Source: Macrostomum lignano (taxonomy: Eukaryota). Taken from it: 64,000 nt of DNA. Positions 23,301 to 35,200 of this stretch are shown in pieces. Made by a program: the position numbers and the translations under genes. The stretch lies in assembly GCA_002269645.1 (NCBI GenBank), contig NIVC01002161.1:1-64000 (forward strand), read 5' to 3'. Position 1 is the first letter of the stretch. The number at the start of each line of letters is the position of its first letter. The notes under the pieces are model-generated. The model searched no databases. It was not told the DNA's origin and saw nothing but the letters and a program-made list of their open reading frames with translations.

Positions 23301-24968
23301 GACACTGTTGCAGCTGTGGGCGCCGGCGCAGACGGCGGCGTGGGCGTTGCCGGCGGCCAGCTGCTGGAGGAGCTGCTCCGCTTTGCTGACACGAAGCTGC
23401 TGTGCACCAGCCTGATGCACTCCCAACCGCTGCGGCTTGCCCTGCTGTGCCGGTGTCCGCGCGGCAACCGGGTGTTTGAGGCCTGTTTGAGCAGCTCCAC
23501 TGTGCCAGCCGACATCAAGCTGGGCCTGTGCGATCGGCTGCTGGTGAGCTGCGGACTGTTGCCCTTGCTTTTGTTGTATCAGCAATTCAGCTTATTGGCT
23601 GTGTGGGAGAATTCTGTTTTTGTTTTAATGCTGTTAAAGTTAAAGCCGGTGCGTTTCTTAGAATCGCCCTCAGCCTCATTCTTAGAATCGTCTTAGAATC
23701 TCATTCTCAGAATCTCGTATCTCATTCTCAGAATCTTGTATCTCATTCTCTGAATCTTGTATCTCATTCTTAGAATATTGTATCTCATTCTTAGAATCTA
23801 GTATCTCTTTCTTAGAATCTAGTATATCTTTCTTAGAATCTAGTATCTCTTTCTTAGAATCTCCCTGTAACTCATTCTCAGAATCTTGTATCTCATTCTT
23901 AGAATCTAGTATCTCTTTCTTAGAATCTCCCTGTATCTCATTCTTAGAATCTCATTCAATCTCATTCTTATAATCACACTGTATCTCATTTTTAGAATCG
24001 TCATCACTCTCATTAGAATAGCCTTCAATCTTATTCTTAGAATCGCCCTCAGTCTGATTCTTAGAATCGCCCATAGTCTGATTCTTAGAATCGCCCTCAG
24101 TCTGATTCTTAGAATCGCCCATAGTCTGATTCTTAGAATCGCCTTCAGTCTGATTCTTATATCGCCTTCAGTCTGATTCTTAGAATCGCCCATAGTCTGA
24201 TTCTTTGAATCGCCTTCAGTCTGATTCTAAGATTGGCCCTGTATCTCTGAGTGTCTAAGAGTCCACCAGGTCTTGTAGTCGAGCAGGAAAAAGTAATGAG
24301 CAATAAAAGGCTCAAGTGATTTAATATTTATGCCTCCTAGACTGGTCCACCTTTACAGTAATTAATAAACTCTAAAGTTTATTTCTAAAGTTTATATTAT
24401 AACAAACATCTTTATGCGTTACTGATGCAATATTGCGTGTAAAAAGTAAATAAAAATACTAAGCGTTTATTAAGTATCCTACTTACAGTAGAAATATAAG
24501 GAAAATATTTTTAAAAGCCGTCTTAGCTCAAGAAATGCCTGATATGTTAAATTCGAAAAAATCAATCCCCAGGACAACCTGGCGGAGCTGAGCTGCGACA
24601 AGCACGGCAGCCGAGTTCTGGACGCCTTCTGGGCTGTCGGCGATCACCGGCTGCGCGAACGCGTGGCCCGCCAGCTGGCCGCCGGCGGCCGGGCAGCGCT
24701 GGAGCGGCTGCGGCTTGACCGGTTCGGCAGATTCGCCTGCCAGAAATTTGCACCCGAGCTGCTGGCTGCCCGGCCAGGAGACTGGAAGCGGCTGCAGCAG
24801 CGGCTGGACGAGGCCCAGAAGCAAAAGCAGAAACAGCAGGACCAGCCAAAGCGTCCCCGCGAAGATGTAACAGCTGCGGAAGCAGAAGACAGTCAGCAGC
24901 CGAAGTCTAAAAAGCGGCATAAAATGTGGCCAAATAAGCAGAAAAAACCGCCTGCTAAGAGCCAGTAG
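17364..24968 (+). CDS. NOP9: Nucleolar protein 9 (Pumilio/PUF-repeat 18S rRNA processing factor), about 650 aa
   Basis: Exons 17364-17502, 17606-17836, 18453-18701, 19286-19405, 20171-20333, 21922-22192, 23160-23543, 24573-24968; all GT-AG with matching phases, 1953 nt total. Motifs GRLDHNVLAYY, AQNQTGSRLAE, DRFAHRVLQT, HPYACHTLR, GPFLQVL, HPSANFVLQRL, CDKHGSRVLDAFW, DRFGRF. The exon 3 acceptor is the least certain boundary. Confidence 0.9.
17901..18395. repeat. 28-bp minisatellite in NOP9 intron 2 (CCCAGATCCTCAGTTGCTGGGCCAGTCT)
   Basis: Tandem copies read directly. Confidence 0.95.
18833..19228. repeat. 27-bp G-rich minisatellite in NOP9 intron 3 (GGGTAGGGTGTGATGGGGTAGAGAAAT)
   Basis: Tandem copies read directly. 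Confidence 0.95.
19480..20000. repeat. 32-bp minisatellite in NOP9 intron 4 (GTGAGTCATTAATGGGTCATTTATTCTCTAAA)
   Basis: Unit starts at 19536 and 19568 give a 32-bp period; about 16 copies. Confidence 0.95.
20385..21835. repeat. 30-bp minisatellite in NOP9 intron 5 (GAGATTTTGAATCAAATAAACTACAGGTGT), about 48 copies
   Basis: Tandem copies read directly; explains the 631-aa and 530-aa repeat ORFs. Confidence 0.97.
22440..22640 (-). mobile_element. SINE 3'-half fragment (family of 54782-55138) in NOP9 intron 6
   Basis: Reverse complement GGCCGCTGTACA..CACCCTGTGTGAG..TGCTCAGGAGCCAGGGGAATGAGCAG aligns with the full SINE body. Confidence 0.6.
22918..23150 (+). mobile_element. tRNA-derived SINE with a V-domain-like core and (ATT)n tail, preceded by a tandem array of its own 5' end (22775-22920)
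   Basis: A box TAGCTAGTGG (22925), B box GGTTCGATTC (about 22968), core GTGTCTTTGAGCAAGACACT...GCTGTAAAATGGGT resembling the V-SINE central domain as I recall it, then (ATT)n. Confidence 0.7.
23690..24230. repeat. Degenerate 21-24 bp minisatellites built on CTTAGAATC in NOP9 intron 7
   Basis: Tandem copies read directly. Confidence 0.9.
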
Positions 24969-25139
24969 TCTGGATAGCAGCTTGACTCCTCCTGTCTCTG
25001 TGGCACAGTTTTGGTTGCCAATATGAAATACAATACACTAGTTTGAAAGGCCCACTGCCTGCTGCATTTTTATTGTTTGTGCAGATTGACAAATTCTTTA
25101 TGGAATCCCTTGCTGTGTTCGTGCGCTTTGTCTTCCTTC

Positions 25140-26155
25140 TAGCAGCAGGCTCCCTACTCCCCATCAGCAATCTCCCTGCTCCCCATCAGCAGTCTCCCTG
25201 CTCCCCATCAGCAGTCTCTCTGCTCCCCATCAGCAATCTCCCTGCTCCCCATCAGCAGTCTCCCTGCTCCCCATCAGCAATCTCCCTACTCCCCATCAGC
25301 AATCTCCCTGCTCCCCATCAGCAGTCTCCCTGCTCCCCATCAGCAATCTCCCTGCTCCCCATCAGCAGTCTCCCTGCTCCCCATCAGCAGTCTCTCTGCT
25401 CCCCATCAGCAGTCTCCCTGCTCCCCATCAGCAGTCTCTCTGCTCCCCATCAGCAGTCTCCCTGCACCCCATCAGCAGTCTCCCTGCTCCCCATCAGCAG
25501 TCTCCCTGCTCCCCATCAGCAATCACCCTGAACCCCATCAGCAGTCTCTCTGCTCCCCATCAGCAGTCTCTCTGCTCCCCATCAGCAGTCTCCCTGCACC
25601 CCATCAGCAGTCTCCCTGCTCCCCATCAGCAGTCTCCCTGCACCCCATCAGCAGTCTCCCTGCTCCCCATCAGCAGTCTCCCTGCTCCCCATCAGCAATC
25701 ACCCTGAACCCCATCAGCAGTCTCTCTGCTCCCCATCAGCAGTCTCCCTGCATCCCATCAGCAGTCACCCTGAACCCCATCAGCAGTCTGCTCCCCATCA
25801 GCAGTCTCTCTGCTCCCCATCAGCAGTCTCCCTGCTCCCCATCAGCAGTCTCCCTGCTCCCCATCAGCAATCACCCTGAACCCCATCAGCAGTCTCTCTG
25901 CTCCCCATCAGCAGTCTCCCTGCACCCCATCAGCAATCTCCCTGCACCCCATCAGCAGTCTCCCTGCTCCCCATCAGCAGTCTCCCTGCTCCCCATCAGC
26001 AGTCTCCCTGCACCCCATCAGCAATCTCCCTGCACCCCATCAGCAGTCTCCCTGCACCCCATCAGCAGTCTCCCTGCTCCCCATCAGCAGTCTCCCTGCT
26101 CCCCATCAGCAATCTCCCTGCACCCCATCAGCAGTCACCCTGCATCCCATCAGCA
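25140..26155. repeat. 22-bp minisatellite (CTCCCCATCAGCAGTCTCCCTG)
   Basis: Tandem copies read directly, downstream of NOP9. Confidence 0.95.
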
Positions 26156-26168
26156 CCCGTATGAAAGT

Positions 26169-27496
26169 GGGACTGTCACATTTTTTTGGTGACAGTCGAA
26201 ATTGTGACACTGCTTGTCACGCTTGTGACAGTCAAGTGTGACAGTGATGTGACAGTCAGTTATTAATGTGACCGTCGATGTGACACTCAAATGTGACACT
26301 CGAAGAAACTGTCACCAGTGTGACCGTCCATGTGACTCTTGTGTTTAGTTGTTTTAAGCAATGGTAAAGAAACTAACAATTTGGTAGAGTAATAATTCCA
26401 ATGCATCATTATTCTATCAAAGGTGGTATAGTTATTAGTCATGTTAATTACGTGCTTCAAATTCCGTGCATAATCGAGTCAAATAAGTTCCGGTTGTTAT
26501 TGTTGTCCCTGTCATGATCATGTCAGCGGCCTCTGATTCCGCGTTCCCTTTCGCTGGTTTTTCTGTGGCTTTTTTAGCACGGGACTGAGAGTTCGCGGAC
26601 TTAGCGGCACCGGAGGATGCCCGTTTGACACAGAAAGCTACGTGACGGTAAATGTTGGTCCAAGAATTCAATATCCAGTAATGTACATTATTATATTTTC
26701 ATGCATTTCGAATGTTAATTACATGCTCGTACTTGCTTGAAAGTTTTTTCCTACTCAAGTATAAGTGATGGAGGGTGAGTATACTCGTTCAACTCAAGCA
26801 GTAAACCAGCTTCTTTCAATTCATGTGTTCTAGTTTGCTCATTCGAGTTAGAAATTGTAAATATAAATTTAACGAAACATAGCAGATACACAGAAAATAA
26901 AGAGATACACAAAAAAGCAACTCGAGGAGGAACTTCAATGCAAATCTAGCAATCGAAAAATGTTTTAGGAAACAATGTTGTACAACTTGGGTTCACATGA
27001 CAACACATCGACTGTCACACATGACAATGAGACAGTTTTTCGACTGTCACATGAGTGTCACATCGACGGTCACACTGGTGACAGTTTCTTCGAGTGTCAC
27101 ATTTGAGTGTCACATCGACTGTCACACTGGTGACAGTTTTTCTCAGTGTCACAGCGGCGACAGTTTTTTCAAGTGTCACATCGACGGTCACACTGGTGAC
27201 AGTTTTTTCGAGTGTCACATCGACGGTCACACTGGTGACAGTTTTTTCAAGTGTCACATCGACGGTCACACTGGTGACAGTTTTTTCGAGTGTCACATCG
27301 ACGGTCACACTGGTGACAGTTTTTTCGAGTGTCACATCGACGGTCACACTGGTGACAGTTTATTCAAGTGTCACATCAACGGTCACAGTGGTGACAGTTT
27401 ATTTGACTGTCACATTTGAGTGTCACAATGAAGGGTCACATGTGATACAGTCATTTGAGTGTCACAGAACTCACATAGTCAAAATGTGACAGTGCC
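26169..27496. mobile_element. Foldback/MITE-like non-autonomous element with TIRs and a 39-bp subterminal array
   Basis: Left GGGACTGTCACATTTT versus right AAAATGTGACAGTGCC; 26270-26336 is a near-perfect inverted copy of 27050-27115; 39-bp tandem array at 27000-27430. TSD not identified. Confidence 0.65.
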
Positions 27497-28439
27497 AGGA
27501 AAACTGAAGCCAGACGCCATTCAATTCATATTTCCGTCATTACTTATCGGCAGCACTTGCGAGCGCAGACAGACGGCTCAGCTTTACGTTTAAAACCGTC
27601 GCCACAGAAAACGATATCTATTAATTTATTTGAATTATTTCGCTTTACCAACGCTCTTACTACAAATAATTTACGCGAAATTGTCTGCAACACAATCAAC
27701 AGAGTTTGCAAAGCAACAGGAGAAAAAATGAATAAATACGAAGTAACAGATATACGAGTAAAGCTTTACTTGTACTCATAAATAATAAATAAACAACTTG
27801 TCAATGGAATTCCAACAGTTGCATCAATAATTCTCAGAATTTGCATAACTGACTACTGACAGGAATTGGCATCAGCTCAGAAAACGGGATTTCCAATCAA
27901 GTTGCAGAATTGTAGAGGCGGCAAAATAATATTTATTAATTTATTAATAATCTTATCATTCAGTAACAACAATAAATAAACATGAAACACAGGCTCACCA
28001 CAAGGCAATCAGACAGCGCATCCAAGTAAGCAGTGTACTTTTACTATCTATTATTAGACTTTTAAGCGAGCGCTTGGGACTTCAGAGTAATGAAATTATC
28101 ATAACTAAAACGATACTCTATAACAATAATATTATTAATAATAGTAATAGTTAACACAGGAAAAACGCGAGTAAAACGCACACAATTGAGACTGGCTGTA
28201 GGGATTGAAGGGGATTGCCAAACACCATTATTATAGAAGCGGACAAAAGAAACCTTTTGTTAATTTTTTATCCAGTATCGAAAGTGACGAAGCGATTGAT
28301 CTGATGCGACATGCGGGTGAGCACAGGTGATGCAGGGCTTGTCCGTGCTCAGTAGCCGTAACGATCCTGAAAGGCAGGTGTAGATTATGATGGTAGCTAA
28401 AGTACTCTTAGTTCTTTACTGGTTAATTGTCTTCACAAC

Positions 28440-29240
28440 TTCCACGAAACTTGAACTCAAACTCGAAACTTCACTCACAACCTCGAAACTTCATTCAAAA
28501 CCTCGAAACTTCACTCACAAACTCAAAACTTCATTCACAACCTCGAAACTTCACACACAGACTCGAAACTTCACTCACAAACTTAGCTATACTTAAAAAT
28601 TCGAAACTTCACTCAAACTCGAAACTTCACTCACAAACTTGAAACTTCACTCTCAGACTTGAAAATTCACTCTCAGACTTGAAACTTCACTCTCAGACTT
28701 GAAACTTTACTCTCAGACTTGGAACTTCACTCTCAGACTTGAAACTTCACTCTCAGACTTGAAACTTCACTCTCAGACTTGAAACTTCACTCTCAGACTT
28801 GAAACTTCACTCTCTGACTTGAAACTTCACTCTCTGACTTGAAACTTCACTCTCAGACTTGAAACTTCACTCTCAGACTTGAAACTTCACTCTCAGACTT
28901 GAAACTTCACTCTCAGACTTGAAACTTCACTCTCAGACTTGAAACTTCACTCTCTGACTTGAAACTTCACTCTCTGACTTGAAACTTCACTCTCAGACTT
29001 GAAACTTCACTCTCAGACTTGAAACTTCACTCTCTGACTTGAAACTTCACTCTCTGACTTGAAACTTCACTCTCAGACTTGAAACTTTACTCTCAGACTT
29101 GAAAATTTACTCAAAAACTCGAAACTTCACTCACAGACTCGAATCTTCACTCAAATACTGGAAACTTCACTCACAAACTCGAAAGTAAAAAACTTGAGAC
29201 TTTAACTTAAAAACTCGAATCTTCACAAACTCGAAACTTC
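28440..29240. repeat. 20-bp minisatellite (GAAACTTCACTCTCAGACTT) with degenerate edges
   Basis: Tandem copies read directly. Confidence 0.95.
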
Positions 29241-29657
29241 ACCTAATTTCGTGAAATTCCGAGCTTATAAAGAGCCGCCATTTACTGTAGCTGAAATTCA
29301 AGAAAAATTCGTGTTCACAGACAAGACTACACAAGTATAACAAAGAAACCAAACAGAACAGGCAGACAAACTGGTGTAATTGCCACACGCACGCTGTTAA
29401 GGCTGATAACTTATAGTTAAAAAGAACTACACTCTCTACTAGCTAAGTAGAGATTTTAGAGAGGTTTATCATCGCTACAAGCTAAGCAAAGATAAATAGC
29501 AAAACTGATAAGGAAGCTCAGCAGCACAGGCACGTGATAAATTCTGACCATTGAGCAAGGGACACTCACGCTATTAGTAAATTTATTAAATTAAAATTAA
29601 TTGACAACTGCAGAGATTGCCCGCCAGCTCTGGCGGCTGCTTCACGTCTCCAGTGTG

Positions 29658-32151
29658 TCACTGCTTCCGCTGAAACCGGAACAGAAAAGCAGGGGCATAT
29701 TGGGGCGCGGATTTGGCAAACCAATTTTGGAGGCGGTTGGTTATTATGCAATCATTAGTATTGGTAATTAATTAAAATAATTAATAATAGGCACTACAGC
29801 ATGCACTACTGTGTTGTTGAACATTTTGTAATCTACTACGAGTAGTTGAATAGCGAATCTCTAGTATTTTTTACTATTTAAAAAATCAGTATAAAATGCC
29901 ATCAATCGATATTAGTAGTAGCGGTAGAAAATTAGCGACTTAATTAACGACTATGCAAGACTAGTAAAGCATTTTTATAAATAACTGAAGGATTGATGTA
30001 CACTACAGAAGATTACGTACAGTAGGGGAACATACACTGCGGGAGATTAGGTACAGAAGGGGAACATACACTGCGGGAGATTAGGTACAGAAGGGGAATG
30101 TACACTGCGGGAGATTAGGTACAGTAGGGGAATGTACACTGCGGGAGATTAGGTACAGTAGGGGAATGTACACTGCGGGAGATTAGGTACAGTAGGGGAA
30201 TGTACACTGCGGGAGATTAGGTACAGTAGGGGAATGGACAGGAATATGAATATACAGATCAAGAAAGGATTTGAGCAGAGGACATTGCTCATATTGCATC
30301 ATTCCGCCGCCCACCTGCATGGAGCCGTAGGCTGCGCTAGCCATGGATGACAGCTTGCCAGCTACTTTGGTGACGCCTGAACGCATTCCGTCTTTGAGGT
30401 CCTGCAGATCGTAGTAGGGCTCGCCGGGTACGGGCCGCCCGGCGGAGCCGCTGCCAGGGCCGCTGCCAAAATAATCGGCTGACCCAATGGCCGTGGCGCC
30501 CTGGAACCGGCTCAGGTTGGCGCTGCTGTCTTCGGTCTTAAGAAGGAAATTTGGTAATTGGAGCTTTAATCACGAGTTGCTGTGCAGTTGGCGATGGGGA
30601 GAGAAGCAGAGGGGGTGGGGAGAGAAGAAGAGGGGGTGGGAAGAGAAGAAGAGGGGTGGGAAGAGAAGAAGAGAGGGTGGGGAGAAAGAAGAGGGGGTGG
30701 GGAGAAAAGAAGAGGGGTGGGGAGAGAAGAAGAGGGGTGGGGAGAGAAGCAGAGGGGGTGGGGAGAGAAGAAGAGGAGTGGGGAGAGAAGAAGAGGGGGT
30801 GGGGAGAGAAGAAGAGGGGTGGGAAGAGAAGAAGAGAGGGTGGGGAGAGAAGAAGAGGGGTGGGGAGAAAAGAAGAGGGGTGGGGAGAGAAGAAGAGGGG
30901 GTGGGGAGAGAAGAAGAGGGGTGGGGAGAGAAGCAGAGGGGGTGGGGAGAGAAGAAGAGGAGTGGGGAGAGAAGAAGAGGGGGTGGGGAGAGATGAAGAG
31001 GGGGTGGGGAGAGAAGAAGAGGGGGTGGGGAGAGAAGCAGAGGGGTGGGGAGAGAAGAAGAGGGGGTGGGGAGAGAAGAAGAGGGGTGGGGAGAGAAGCA
31101 GAGGGGGTGGGGAGAGAAGAAGAGGAGTGGGGAGAGAAGAAGAGGGGTGGGGAGAGAAGAAGAGGGGTGGGGAGAGAAGAAGAGGGGGTGGGGAGAGAAG
31201 AAGAGGGGGTGGGGAGAGAAGAAGAGGGGTGGGAAGAGAAGCAGAGGAGGTGGGGAGAGAAGAAGAGGGGGTGGGGAGAGAAGCAGAGGGGGTGGGGAGA
31301 GAAGAAGAGGCGGTGGGGAGAGAAGCAGAGGCGGTGGGGAGAGAAGAAGAGGGGGTGGGGAGAGAAGCAGAGGCGGTGGGGAGAGAAGAAGAGGGGTGGG
31401 GAGAGAAGCAGAGGGGGTGGGGAGAGAAGCAGAGGCGGTGGGGAGAGAAGCAGAGGGGGTGGGGAGAGAAGCAGAGGCGGTGGGGAGAGAAGCAGAGGGG
31501 TGGGGAGAGAAGCAGAGGCGGTGGGGAGAGAAGCAGAGGGGTGGGGAGAGAAGCAGAGGCGGTGGGGAGAGAAGCAGAGGCGGTGGGGAGAGAAGCAGAG
31601 GGGGGGGGAGAGAAGCAGAGGCGGTGGGGAGAGAAGCAGAGGGGGTGGGGAGAGAACCAGAGGGTTGGGGAGGCTGGAGGCCAGCCGCAGGTTCAGTCGG
31701 GAGACCCACCTGCCCGCCGCTGAACATATCGGAGCTGATGGCCTTGGCGTTGCCGAATTTGCGTTGCGCTTCGTCAGAATTGGCGACGGGTCCGGAGGCT
31801 CCCACGCCGCCACCGCCGGCGCGCCTCGCCCGGCCGAAGGTCGATTCGTCTTCGCTGGCGCGGCTGTTGCTGCCCAAGGCGGCCGACCAATCAGAGTTGG
31901 TTGGCAGGCTGCGGTCCACTCCGCCCGCTTGGCGGGACTGCCAGCTTGGCGAGCGCTTCATGCCCCAGGGGTCGGCGCTGCTGCTGCCGTAGGGGTCGTC
32001 CATGGCGACCGCGCCGCCGCCACCGAGGACGGCGGCGCTGGAGCGGCCGAAAGCGCTGGAGTCTCCGGTCTGCTCGATCGTGCGCATGTCGGTCATCACC
32101 GAGTGAGCCACCTCTCTGTGGGGCGGGGTGGGTGGCAGTTGGGGACTGGCT

Positions 32152-32243
<92 letters not shown>

Positions 32244-35200
32244 GGCAGACAGACAGACAGGCAGACAGACAGACAGGCAGACAGACAGACTCACCGCTGT
32301 CCCAGTCCCACGCCGCCCATGCCCAGCCGCTCTGCCTGCTCGGCCTTCTTCGGATCCGAGCGCCACCGCTCGTCGTCCCGCTGGGCGCCGAGGCTGCCGC
32401 TCTCGCCCTCCTGGTAGGCCAGACGCATGCCGGCCAGCCGTTTCTCCTCGGCCGCCCGGTTGGCCGCGTCAGCCTCAGCCATGGCAATTCGGCCCTGCTC
32501 GACCTGCTTGTCCCACTGGCTGGCCTGCGACTCGATCTCTGAGAAGCTGCGGCCCTGCACCTGCAACCGATGAGATTGGGAAGAGGCAGGCATCATTTTC
32601 CAGGAATTCTTGGAAAGGAATTCATATCGGACGGGAATTCCCAATGAAAGGGAATTCTCAACGGACGGTATTTCTAACGGATGGGAGGAGAATTCCTAAC
32701 GGAGGGGATTCCCAACGGATAAGAACTCCAAATGGATGGGAAATCCCAACGGATAAGAACTCCAAATGGATGGGAAATCCCAACGGACGGGAATTCCTAA
32801 CGGAGGGGGATTCCCAACGGACGGGATTCCCAACGGAGGGGGATTCCCAACGGAGGGGGATTCCCAACGGATGGGAACTCCAAATGGATGGTAAATCCCA
32901 ACGGACGGGGATTCCCAACGGAGGGGGATTCCCAACGGAGGAGGATTCCCAACGGAGGGGAATTCCCAACGGAGGGGGATTCTTAACGGAGGGGGATTCC
33001 CAACGGATGGGAACTCCAAATGGATGGTAAATCCCAACGGACGGGAATTCCTAACGGAGGGGGATTCCCAACGGAGGGGGATTCTCAACGGAGGGGGATT
33101 CCCAACGGAGGGGGATTCCCAACGGAGGGGGATTCCCAACGGATCGGAAATCCCACCGGAGGGGGTTCCTAACGGACTAAAAATCAAAATTTTACGAATT
33201 GCTGAAATCCGAAAGGGAAATTTTGGGAGGGAAATCCAACAAAGGAATAATTAAAATACCTGCGGGAGAGACATGCTTTCACAAATTAGACAGTGGACGC
33301 ACCTTAGTAGCCCCCAGGCCGCCCTTCTTAGCCGGTTTTTTCTTATTGGCGCCAAGGTGACTCGTCTTCATCGACGACACCGGAGCAGCCGCTGCCGCCC
33401 TAGTCGGCGAGGTGGACAGCGCCGCGTCAACTTTCGGACCCTGGCCGGCGCCAACTTCGTCGGCCAAAGTGGCGGCGCCGATTCGGGTCGCAGACGACGT
33501 CGCAACGCCGTTGCTTCCGGCGCCGCCGCCTGAAAGCGACATCTGACCGAGTCGCTCGGCTGGCGCGGCCGGCTCGTGCTCAGCGAAGAAGTCGTCCTCG
33601 GCGCCTCCGTGACCGGCAGCTGAAGTGGCCGGGTCGGACGAGTGGCTGTCCAGGTGGACCCGGGTGCCGTGCTCGCGGCCGGCCTTCGTGGCCAGCGACT
33701 CGATGCGGCTCTGCGGGATGGGCGGCGAGTTTTAGGGTGGTTTGGAGGCGATTTTTAGGGTAGTTTAGAGGAGATTCTTAGGGTGGTTTGGAGGAGATTC
33801 TTAGGGTGATTTGGAGGAGATTCTTAGGGTGGTTTAGAGGAGATTCTTAGGGTGGTTTAGAGGCGATATTTAGGGTGGTTTAGGAGCGATTTTAGGGTGG
33901 TTCAGGAGCGATTCTTAGGGTGGTTTAGAGGCGATTCTTAGGGTGGTTTAGAAGCGATTATTTGGGTGGTTTAGGAGCGATTCTTAGTTGTTTAGGAGCA
34001 ATTTTTAGGATGGTTTAGGAGCGATTATTTGGGCGGTTTGGGAGCGATTTTTAGAGTGGTTTAGGAGCGATTATTTGGGTAGTTTACAATGATTTTTTGG
34101 GGTGGTTTTCTCGTATTACTCTTACAAGCGCATTCAACAGTTTCTCTACCTTGTAGAGCTGAGCGGCTCTGCTGTGGTATTTCTGCTGGGCATCGCTGGT
34201 GGTGCACCCGTGCTGACGGAAAAAGTTCATCTGCAAATAATGAAGCAGCTTTATGTTATATTGAATAGTATTTGCTGCCTGCGATTTCAAAACCAAGACC
34301 AGGGGCAGGGTTGCTAATTGTCACCTTATTGGCAACTGTCCAAAAATTATAGTAAGTCTGTCTGAGAGTCTGACACAGCCTCTGTGACCTAGCTATAGGA
34401 TGTCCAGGAGTGTCTTGGTGTGTCTTGATATGTACTGGGATGTTTTGGGGTGTCTTAGAACTTCTTTGGATGTCTTGGGGTGCCTTGGGGTGTCTTGGCG
34501 AGTGTCTGGATGTCTTGGGGGTCTTGGCGTGTGTTTGGATGTCTTGGGGTGTCTTGGGGTGCCTTAGCGTGTCTTTGGATGTCTTGGGGTGTCTTGGGGC
34601 GTCTCGGAATGTGTTGGAGTGTCTAAGGGTATCTTGGGGTGTCTTATGATGCCTTGGAGTGTCTTGTTGTGTCTTCAAGTGTCCTGGGACCTGGGATGTT
34701 CTTGAAGTGTCTTGGTGTGTGTATTGGGGTGTCGTGGGATGCCTTGATTTGCCTTTGGATGCTTTAGGGTGTCTTGGAGTGTCTTGGGATGTCTTTAGGT
34801 GTCTTGGGTTTTATTGGGGTGCTTTGGGATGTCTTGACTTGCATTTGTATGTCTAAGAGTGTCGTGGGATTTCTTGATGTGTTTCGGGATTTATTGGGGT
34901 GCTTTGAGCTGTCTTGGGATGTCTTGAGGTGTCTTGGGATTTGTTGGGGTGCCTTGGGATGTCGTGATTTGCCTTCTGGTGTCTTAGGGTGTCTTGGGAT
35001 TTATTGGGGTGAGTTGGGATGTCTTGAGGTGTAGTGGTTTAGAGGCGATTCTTAAGATTGTTTAGAAGCGATTCGTAGGGTGGTTTAGGAGCGATTCTTA
35101 GAGTGGATCCACTTAGAGTGGATTCTTAGAGAGGGGATGCCCTGGGATGTCTTGGAATGTATTGGGGTGCGTTGGGATGTCTTGAGGTGTCTTAAGATGC

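Noticed and set aside
30487-32366. Several 300-600 aa low-complexity ORFs
   Set aside because: Produced by the purine-rich intronic repeat; only the 32115-31710 part is a real ArfGAP exon.
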